This document shows positions 56,346 to 64,000 of a stretch of DNA of 64,000 nucleotides, piece by piece; the first letter of the stretch is position 1; each line of letters opens with the position of its first letter. The stretch is from a virus. Lineage: Duplodnaviria > Caudoviricetes. Where the stretch lies: IMG/VR virus record IMGVR_UViG_3300021963_000022. One strand, written 5' to 3'. The notes beneath the pieces are model-generated. The model was given only the letters and a program-made list of their open reading frames with translations. It had not been told where the DNA came from and made no database searches. Made by a program: the position numbers and the translations under genes.

Positions 56346-57473
56346 TTATCCTTTATATTGTATAAATGCAACGCCGATGCGTTGCGGAAAGTAGCTGAAG
56401 GTAGATCCACTTAAAGTATGGCTGTGACTCCAACCATAATTACTGTGAAATGCTGACGGGCCACTTACATTTGTGGTGTACAATTGATAACTGGCACTGT
56501 GATAGTGGGGAGTATAAGGAGCATCTGTACTACTTAAAGCACCGACAGCATTGCTAGCAGTAGTGACATCCCATTGATTATCACTATACCCAATAATATA
56601 TCCGCCTAAATTAGGTGTACCGTTTAACCCATTACATAATTTCCAATATGTCGGTAATGCTGTTAAAATGCCAACATACATAATAATTATATCAGATTCT
56701 GGAAGACTGGGTGAAGTTAGTTTCCATAAGTTAACTAATTTACTTCGAATAGTTGATTGTGAGAAAGTTCCAAAAGCAGTATGGCTATGTGCTCCAGCAT
56801 AAGCCATATTATAGTTACGTATAGCTGATCCAGTGCCCATAGGTCTATAAGCACTACTGGCTGAAGCGTGATAGTGACCACTATCTGAACTTAAACTAAC
56901 TGGTATTGTAAAACTATAACCAGTACCTGTAGTACGAGTTAAATTGTCATTAGCACCATGCAAATAGTTATATCCTGTATCTACAAAAGGTGTCGAATTA
57001 GCCGCTGCATTTTGTTTTGTTACTAAAGTATTGGTGGGGAAATAAGTAGTAGCTCTAATGGATCGTAATAAATTAATTTTTTGTTTATTAAGCATTGTAT
57101 CGGTATTATCTGTTCTTCCGCCGGAAAAGGAGTGATTATGTGAAGAGGCGCCCGCACTCGCAGATGGTGCAATAGAACCTCCTGTATTACTAGTAACATT
57201 TTGAGTTACTGTTGATCCGCTGTGAGAACCTGCAAAACTTGTGGAACCATTGGCACTCATTCCTCCACTGACAGAGCTATAAGTAATATCTATTTGACTC
57301 TGATCTTGAGCTGACCAGATATAATAGCCATCTGCCTTACTATAACGAGTCCAGTCACCTGATGTCATATTTGCCATGGTATCATAATATGGTACTACAG
57401 CATTAGCTGGGATATGGATTGGCGGACTTGGCGGACCTGGATTAGTAAAAAAACCTGCTCTGGCTGCAAACAT
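56346..57473 (-). CDS. Distal fibre/adhesin with collar-like segments and HxH motifs
   Basis: LPTYWKLCNGLNGTPNLGGY; HNH, HYH, HSH, HYH, HSH. Confidence 0.7.
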   Translation of the reverse strand: MFAARAGFFTNPGPPSPPIHIPANAVVPYYDTMANMTSGDWTRYSKADGYYIWSAQDQSQIDITYSSVSGGMSANGSTSFAGSHSGSTVTQNVTSNTGGSIAPSASAGASSHNHSFSGGRTDNTDTMLNKQKINLLRSIRATTYFPTNTLVTKQNAAANSTPFVDTGYNYLHGANDNLTRTTGTGYSFTIPVSLSSDSGHYHASASSAYRPMGTGSAIRNYNMAYAGAHSHTAFGTFSQSTIRSKLVNLWKLTSPSLPESDIIIMYVGILTALPTYWKLCNGLNGTPNLGGYIIGYSDNQWDVTTASNAVGALSSTDAPYTPHYHSASYQLYTTNVSGPSAFHSNYGWSHSHTLSGSTFSYFPQRIGVAFIQYKG

Positions 57474-60400
57474 TATTCGTATCCTTTACTCAATGTAGCA
57501 TAGTATGCACTACCGTCGTAGAATACTGAAATAATATCTATTGATTCTGCCGCTGTACTCAACGTCTTACTATTAGCGGCAAACTTTATATTTGAAGTCA
57601 TTACTCTACTTCCCGTTGCATCTTGTTTAATAATAATTGTTGCTGAACTACCTGTAGTAGCACCGGTTAACCCATTAAATGTAAAGTTAGCATTTGCAAT
57701 AAAGTTAAAGATTGTCCCGTTAGCTACGTTAGGAGAAATAGCTGCACCTGTATTAACAGGTGATAACACTGTTTCAGTATATGATTTAAGTGTTATAAGA
57801 TTGGCTCCTATATTATTGGCAACCAAATTACCAGACACACCTAAACCAGTTAACGTACCAACACTTGTAATACTAGTTTGAGCACCATTTGTTACTGTGG
57901 CTGCAGATGTTGCTGCCCCAGTTAAGTTTCCGACAAAAGTCTTAGCGGTAATAGAAGTATTACTTAAGTTAGCAGTAATATTTGTATTAATAACTGCCGA
58001 TGCATTTCCATTACTGCTTGAAGTACTAAATGTTAAATATGCTGTAGTACTAGTTGATGTGTTTTGTAATAATGCCGCGGCATTTGTTGCGCTTACTGCA
58101 GTTGTTGCACTAACACCGGTTAACAAACTTCCGTTACCGCTAAAGAAATTAGCAGCCACATGATTACCTAAGTTAGCATTACCTGCAAACAGATTACCAC
58201 TGAGATCCACGTCAGTAAATGATGCAATATTAGGTGTTGATCCACCAATAATACCTTGAACAGGTCCAAATATTGATCCATTAATATTACCTGCGTCTAT
58301 ATTACCGGTTACGGTCAATGTACTCAAATTACCTACACTAGTAATGTTAGGTTGAGCCGCAGTAGTTAATGTACCACCTAGATAATTTGCTGTTGCAAGA
58401 TTTCCTAAGTTAGCATTTTTTGCTAAAATATTACCTGCTGATGAGACACTAAATTGAGAAGTGCCGCCAACCTTTGCATCAATTAATAATGAGGAAGCAA
58501 GTGACTTTGTGTTAGTAATACTAAGCTCAACTGCAGTAAATCCAATGTTAGCATTATTCCATGTCTGACTAAAACTTATTGGTGCAGTATCAGTAAGTGA
58601 TCCTGAAGCAACAATTAACTTAGTTAAGTTACCGGTGCTTGTAATATTAGGTTGAGCATTAGTTGTTACTGTATTTGCATTGATAGCTGTAACACCAGAT
58701 AATAAATGACCATTACCGCTAAAGAAATTAGCGGCTACATAATTACCTAAGCTAGCATTACCAGCAGTAAGATTACCAGTAACGACTAGACTTGTTAAGT
58801 TACCAACACTTGTAATGTTGCCTTGTGCTGCCGTTGTTACTGTACCTGCTGTTGTTGCACTAGTTGCGGTTGTTGCACTAGTTGCGGTTGTTGCACTAGT
58901 TGCGGTTGTTGCACTACCTGCACTAGTTGCATAATTCGCATTAGCTACTGTACCGGTTACTCTATTACCTAATATATTAGTTAAGAACGCACCGTTACCA
59001 GTAAAGAAATTAGCTGATACATTATTACCTAAACTAGCATTACCTGCTGTAACCGTTCCAGTCACACCCAAACTAGTCAGTGTACCTACACTAGTAATAT
59101 TAGGTTGAGCATTATTGCTTACTGTGGTTGCTGTTAAATTACCAACAGTTAGTGTACCTACGTTTGCAACATCAAAATATCCAGTAACAGTAGTACTTGA
59201 AGATTCTATTACCCTTCGTTGTGCTATAACAGAAATAGATGATACGTTAGCACCGCCGCCTGCACTAGTAACTAGATCCGGAGTAACAGTTAATATCACG
59301 TTGCTACTAGGATTTGCAGTTACATTAGTGATAGAATATGTTTTGTTAAGTGATATACTGTCACCTATTGCGCCTGAAATAATTAATTGATCACCTGTTT
59401 TTAACTTACTAGCTACGTTGTATTGTCCTAAAGTCAATGATGTTGGTGAACCCAATGTAATTGTAGCAGCACCTGCATTATCAGCGGCACTAATAAATGC
59501 AACTTTATTGCTGTTAGATAATTCATTTTGCTGGATATAAACATTACCACTAGTGAATACATTAGCTAATGTACCTACACTAGTAATGTTAGGTTGTGCA
59601 TTTGTATATACTGTACCTGAAATTGAAGCGTTAGGTACTTGTCCAGTTAGTTCACCGGCTGATATATTAGTTAGACCTGCTCCATTACCTACAAAATAGT
59701 TAGCACTGACCACATTACCTAAATTAGCATTTAGAGTTGTAAGATTACCTGTAATGTTTGCGTCACCGGCAACTGTTAATGAAGTTAAATTACCTACAGA
59801 CGTAATATTAGGTTGAGAGTTTACAGTTATGTTGCCTGCATAGTTTGCATAATTTGAAAATGCACCTGTAGGGATATTAGATAGTAGACTACCGTCACCT
59901 AAGAAGTACGTACCAGTTACGTTACCTGATTTAGTTACTTTGAATTTAGAAGTACCACCTACCTTCATGTCAATCAATGTAGAATTAACACTGCTAGTAG
60001 TATCTGTTATAGAAGCACTGATAGTATTGAATGTAACAGCACCGTTCTGCCAAGTCTGTACAATTGATAATGGTTTATCTGCAGTCAATGATCCGGACGC
60101 AATAGACAATCCTGTTAGATTACCAACAGATGTAATATTTGGTTGAGCATTAGTTGTTACTGTATTAGCAATATTTGCATTACCGGTGCTGTTAGAATAC
60201 GTGCTGTATGTTGCAAAGTTTGCATTAGGTATCTCACCTACTAAATTGCTTGCTTGTAAGTTAGATAGATTACCACCCTCACCTATGAATACGTTAGAAA
60301 CAACTACACCCGTTTTGTCTACTGAGAATGTTGATGAGCCGTCTACTTGTAAATCTAATAATAATGAGCTTGGATCACTTGCACTATCTACTATATTTTG

Positions 60401-63400
60401 ACGTATACCTGTAAATACCTCAGTACCATTACTCCAAGTTTGTATAAACGTATACGGTGCATTTGATGATATAGTACCTGTATTAGCTCTTAGGTTAACT
60501 AAGTTACCTACGCTAGTAATATTTGGTTGAGCGTTAGTAGTAACCGTAATAGCTGTATTAGCTACATTAGTATTTCCCGAATAAGCCGCATAGTTTGCAT
60601 TAGCAATTAATCCAGTGATATTACCTGCAGGAATGTTAGTCAATCCTGCACCTGAACCGGAATAAGATGTTCCGGTAACTCCACCTAACTTGTCAACTTT
60701 GAATTTAGTTGTGTTATTTACTTGTAAGTCTAATAATAAACTATTAATATTACTAAAGGTATCCGTTATGTTTGTTCTTAAATGTGTAAATGTAACACCA
60801 GAGTTATTCCATGTTTGTGTAAAATATACAGGAGTATTAATTGTCACTGGACCAGTGGTAATGTTAGCTAGCTTAACTGTTAATGTTCCTGAAGCCTCGT
60901 TAAATGTAAAATTAGAATTGGTACCAAGCACTCCACTATCATTATAAATAATTTCTCTGTTACTACCCGGGGCAAGAACATTACCACTAAAGTTACCTAT
61001 CAAATTACCTATGAAGTTAGTAGCAGATACGTTACCACTCTTTTCTACAGTAAACACGCTTGAAGTGTTTACTATCATGTCAATCAATTTGCTATCTACT
61101 ACACTAGCGTCGTCAGTAACATTAGCCTCTAATAATGTAAACAGTCTATTAGCATTATTCCAATGTTGTGTTAAACGTACCGGGTTGCTTCCCGTTATCT
61201 CACCTGTATTCACTGTCAATGTAGTTAAATTCCCTACACGGGTGATGTTAGGTTGATATGCATTACTTACTGTATCGGCTCCACCGGTATACTGGGCATA
61301 ATTTGCATTTGGCACATAACCAACTAAGTTGGCTGCAGGAATATTGGTTAACTGACTACCGTTACCAATATACTGATTAGCAGTTACTATACCTGTTTTG
61401 TCAACTTTAAACTTGCTTGTGCCACCTACTTGCAAATCTAGTAATAATGATTCTCCTGCACTGTTAGTATCAACAATATTTTCTTTAATACCAGTGAATA
61501 CTGCGCTAGCATTATTCCATGTTTGTGTAAACGTTAAAGGAGCACTATTAGTAACTGTCCCGTTAGCTATATTTAAACTGGTTAGTGTTCCGACACTTGT
61601 AATATTGGGTTGTGCGTTAATTGTAACAGTACCAGCCGTTAGTGCAGACGTAGAATTACCTATTATGTTACCTAAGAAATAGTTAGCACGAACATTACCA
61701 TAAGATACAAAAGTCACTACATCACTAGTTACACTAACGTTACTACCGAATGCAAATTCACTATTGCTATTATCCCAACCCATGAATGCATCAACTGCTG
61801 AGTCTTTAAAGTAATGTAATAATGATCCTCTATCTTTGCCGTCATCACCGCTTAATGGCGTACCATTAGGATTTCCACCCATCTCAATGATAGGATCTTT
61901 GATGTTAAATGTAGTTACATTAGCATATTGTGTACTACCGGTCACAATCAAGTTACCATTAATTGTTAATCCAGTTAATGATCCTACTGAAGTAATATTG
62001 GGTTGAGCGTTAGAAGTAACAGTACCTGCAGTATCGGTAGAACCGGCAGATCCATCGATGCTCACACCAGATAATGATAGAGATCCTGATGCCCTACCTA
62101 ACGAAACTGCAGTGGTACCTAAATATACATTAGTATTTGCTAATACATCAGTAGATAAAGTACCTACTAATGCATTGCCGGGTATACCAGTTAGTAATGA
62201 ACCATTACCTCTATAAAAGTTTGCAGATACATTACCTGCAAAGTTTGCATTAGCATTTCCTGATATACTACCGGATAAGTTTAGACTTGTTAATGTACCT
62301 ATACTAGTAATATTAGGTTGAGCATTAGTAATTACAGTACCTGCAGTATTAGATTGTCCATATAGTCTAGCTTGAACAATGTTTGCGCTAAAGTTTCTGT
62401 TAGTATCACGTGATACTATTGTACTAGCAACGTTGCTAGGAGTAGCTGATAAACCATTTAACAATGATGCATTTAAATTAGCTACTAGCGTGTTACTATA
62501 AACAACAATAGGTGCTGTGCCGGTAGCAAGTGTGCTGATAAATTGACCAACAATGGATACATTATCACCTGTTAAGTTACCATTTGTTGTAATATTTCCG
62601 TTACTACTGCTAAGTGTAGTACCACCTAAGTCAATAGTGTTTGCAGAAATATATAAAGTTCTCCAACGTGCATTGGGTGTACCGATATCAAATGCCTGAT
62701 CCTCAGATGGTATTAGGTGACCTGTTATTTGACCATTAATGCTAAGTGAACTTAGTGTTCCTAAACTAGTGATATTAGGTTGACTAGGCGTAGTTAATGT
62801 ACCCGTAAGTCTGTTTGCAATAATAACATTGCTTATGTTTAGATTTCCTGCACTAACGTTACCGGTAACGTTAGCATTACCTAACATTGTAACATTAGTA
62901 AATGTAGCTAAGTTTGGTGTTGTTGCACCGATTAAACCGTTGTATGGTCCAAATGTAGATGCATTAATGTTACCGGCATTGATATTACCGCTTACTACTA
63001 AGTTAGAGATCGTACCTAAACTAGTGATGTTAGGTTGTGCGGCAGTTGTTACAGTACCTGCTTTGTTAGCTGTATTTGAAAAACTTGCGTAATTTGCAGT
63101 TAGTGAATCACCTGCAAAGTTAGAATAATTAGCGTTAGTTGCATAATTTGCATTGGCAACACTACCTGCAACATTGCCACCCGAAATATTAGTTAATCCA
63201 GCACCATTACCTGAAAAATTAGTAGCAATAAGCGTATCCGTAGCAGTGTTAAATGTTAAATTTGCACTACCTTCAAAATATCCTGCATTGTTAAATTGTA
63301 CTTGTGTGTTAATGCCACCGGGAACTACTGCCCCTCCAATAGCTGTCCATGATAGATTTCCGTTACCGTCAGTAGTAAGTGAGTAGTTTGCCCCACCCCC

Positions 63401-63598
63401 TGTAATAATTACATCACCAACATTGCCTAGATGTACTTGATTAGTTACAGATAAATTTGCTGTAGTAAATGAATCAACTGCAACACTACTGGCTCCGGAT
63501 CCAACACGATTCCATACTCCCGGAGTACTGTCGTATTCGTATATTACACCATTGATTGTTACTTGCTGTCCGTTTGTGGGGTTTGCTGGCCAACTCAT
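57473..63598 (-). CDS. Long tail fibre (2041 aa), N/T/S/G-rich repeats
   Basis: WPANPTNGQ...WNRV anchor; repeated TVTTNAQPNITSVG units; C-terminal KQDATGSR...SIDIISVFYDG domain; late promoter and AAGGA RBS. Confidence 0.85.
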   Translation of the reverse strand: MSWPANPTNGQQVTINGVIYEYDSTPGVWNRVGSGASSVAVDSFTTANLSVTNQVHLGNVGDVIITGGGANYSLTTDGNGNLSWTAIGGAVVPGGINTQVQFNNAGYFEGSANLTFNTATDTLIATNFSGNGAGLTNISGGNVAGSVANANYATNANYSNFAGDSLTANYASFSNTANKAGTVTTAAQPNITSLGTISNLVVSGNINAGNINASTFGPYNGLIGATTPNLATFTNVTMLGNANVTGNVSAGNLNISNVIIANRLTGTLTTPSQPNITSLGTLSSLSINGQITGHLIPSEDQAFDIGTPNARWRTLYISANTIDLGGTTLSSSNGNITTNGNLTGDNVSIVGQFISTLATGTAPIVVYSNTLVANLNASLLNGLSATPSNVASTIVSRDTNRNFSANIVQARLYGQSNTAGTVITNAQPNITSIGTLTSLNLSGSISGNANANFAGNVSANFYRGNGSLLTGIPGNALVGTLSTDVLANTNVYLGTTAVSLGRASGSLSLSGVSIDGSAGSTDTAGTVTSNAQPNITSVGSLTGLTINGNLIVTGSTQYANVTTFNIKDPIIEMGGNPNGTPLSGDDGKDRGSLLHYFKDSAVDAFMGWDNSNSEFAFGSNVSVTSDVVTFVSYGNVRANYFLGNIIGNSTSALTAGTVTINAQPNITSVGTLTSLNIANGTVTNSAPLTFTQTWNNASAVFTGIKENIVDTNSAGESLLLDLQVGGTSKFKVDKTGIVTANQYIGNGSQLTNIPAANLVGYVPNANYAQYTGGADTVSNAYQPNITRVGNLTTLTVNTGEITGSNPVRLTQHWNNANRLFTLLEANVTDDASVVDSKLIDMIVNTSSVFTVEKSGNVSATNFIGNLIGNFSGNVLAPGSNREIIYNDSGVLGTNSNFTFNEASGTLTVKLANITTGPVTINTPVYFTQTWNNSGVTFTHLRTNITDTFSNINSLLLDLQVNNTTKFKVDKLGGVTGTSYSGSGAGLTNIPAGNITGLIANANYAAYSGNTNVANTAITVTTNAQPNITSVGNLVNLRANTGTISSNAPYTFIQTWSNGTEVFTGIRQNIVDSASDPSSLLLDLQVDGSSTFSVDKTGVVVSNVFIGEGGNLSNLQASNLVGEIPNANFATYSTYSNSTGNANIANTVTTNAQPNITSVGNLTGLSIASGSLTADKPLSIVQTWQNGAVTFNTISASITDTTSSVNSTLIDMKVGGTSKFKVTKSGNVTGTYFLGDGSLLSNIPTGAFSNYANYAGNITVNSQPNITSVGNLTSLTVAGDANITGNLTTLNANLGNVVSANYFVGNGAGLTNISAGELTGQVPNASISGTVYTNAQPNITSVGTLANVFTSGNVYIQQNELSNSNKVAFISAADNAGAATITLGSPTSLTLGQYNVASKLKTGDQLIISGAIGDSISLNKTYSITNVTANPSSNVILTVTPDLVTSAGGGANVSSISVIAQRRVIESSSTTVTGYFDVANVGTLTVGNLTATTVSNNAQPNITSVGTLTSLGVTGTVTAGNASLGNNVSANFFTGNGAFLTNILGNRVTGTVANANYATSAGSATTATSATTATSATTATSATTAGTVTTAAQGNITSVGNLTSLVVTGNLTAGNASLGNYVAANFFSGNGHLLSGVTAINANTVTTNAQPNITSTGNLTKLIVASGSLTDTAPISFSQTWNNANIGFTAVELSITNTKSLASSLLIDAKVGGTSQFSVSSAGNILAKNANLGNLATANYLGGTLTTAAQPNITSVGNLSTLTVTGNIDAGNINGSIFGPVQGIIGGSTPNIASFTDVDLSGNLFAGNANLGNHVAANFFSGNGSLLTGVSATTAVSATNAAALLQNTSTSTTAYLTFSTSSSNGNASAVINTNITANLSNTSITAKTFVGNLTGAATSAATVTNGAQTSITSVGTLTGLGVSGNLVANNIGANLITLKSYTETVLSPVNTGAAISPNVANGTIFNFIANANFTFNGLTGATTGSSATIIIKQDATGSRVMTSNIKFAANSKTLSTAAESIDIISVFYDGSAYYATLSKGYE
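58851..58916. repeat. Perfect 18-bp tandem repeat (3 full copies plus 12 bp)
   Basis: GTTGTTGCACTAGTTGCG at 58851, 58869 and 58887, partial at 58905; encodes (ATSATT)n. Confidence 0.95.
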
Positions 63599-63605
63599 TT
63601 ATTAT

Positions 63606-63626
63606 TCCTTAATACTTAGTATTTAG
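63606..63626 (-). promoter_or_regulatory. Late promoter TAAATA plus RBS for the long fibre
   Basis: CTAAATA at 63626-63620, AAGGA at 63610-63606. Confidence 0.65.
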
Positions 63627-63635
63627 CTTTTTAAT

Positions 63636-63664
63636 TTGACATTAAATGGACCTTGTGCTACAAT
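63636..63664 (+). promoter_or_regulatory. Near-consensus sigma70 promoter TTGACA-17-TACAAT
   Basis: -35 at 63636-63641, -10 at 63659-63664, GAGGG RBS at 63686-63690. Confidence 0.8.
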
Positions 63665-63696
63665 ACATCTATTAAAATTGTAATAGAGGGTGTTAA

Positions 63697-64000
63697 ATGG
63701 AGTACAAAGTAGAAGGTTCTGTAAGGAATCGTAAGTTCATTGAAGCTATCTTGCCCTCAATGTTTAAGCAATTAGGGCTTGAAAACAGCCGCAAGGCCGT
63801 TGTAATCCGAGTAGCGGACGAATGCGGTGAAGACAAGGGTATTACAGTTGACTTATCAAAACTGACAGGTTGCTACATGGTTGTCATTAAACCACACCGC
63901 AATCTGAAAGAAATCGGTATAACACTAGCACATGAGATGGTTCATGTACGTCAGTTAGCCAAAGGTATTCTAAAACAACACAAATCCTGCAATATTTGGG
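63697..64000 (+). CDS. HExxH zinc metallopeptidase-like protein (truncated by window end)
   Basis: MEYKVEGSVRNRKFIEAILP...ITLAHEMVHVRQ; open to the end of the window. Confidence 0.75.
   Translation, partial: MEYKVEGSVRNRKFIEAILPSMFKQLGLENSRKAVVIRVADECGEDKGITVDLSKLTGCYMVVIKPHRNLKEIGITLAHEMVHVRQLAKGILKQHKSCNIW

Noticed and set aside
4876-63386. Many short opposite-strand or nested ORFs (e.g. 4876-5133, 13617-14036, 31878-32423, 36428-36862, 57897-58163 and others antisense to the fibre)
   Set aside because: Shadows of long, motif-supported genes with biased codon use; no RBS or motifs seen.
55827-63598. Diversity-generating retroelement acting on the fibres
   Set aside because: No reverse transcriptase and no template/variable repeat pair differing at adenines was seen in the window.
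1-64000. CRISPR array, integrase, transposase or stop-codon recoding
   Set aside because: No repeat-spacer array or such genes seen; long ORFs are intact in the standard code and end in TAA, TAG and TGA.

Overview
AT-rich segment of a large T4-lineage myovirus genome in the standard genetic code; no host chromosomal genes are seen. In order: the 5' part of a minus-strand tape-measure gene with a C-terminal M15-type peptidase motif; a gp26/gp51-like pair joined by a candidate -1 frameshift; a ~530 bp non-coding gap holding GAA-loop hairpins and a ~390 nt highly structured minus-strand RNA candidate; a minus-strand resolvase/gp46/gp47/gp55 block; a baseplate operon (gp48-, gp53-, gp27-, gp5-, gp25- and gp6-like genes plus a 5367-aa structural protein); fibre-like genes; and a ~15.5 kb sugar-modification island (GT-like proteins, radical SAM, kinase, nucleotidyltransferase, carbamoyltransferase, methyltransferase, ADP-heptose enzymes). 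The island is interrupted by a circularly permuted two-piece tmRNA whose intervening sequence carries a small ORF. It is followed by a convergent fibre cassette with a 2041-aa Asn/Ser/Thr-rich repeat protein and the start of an early HExxH gene. All product calls come from motif recognition by eye; no database searches were run.
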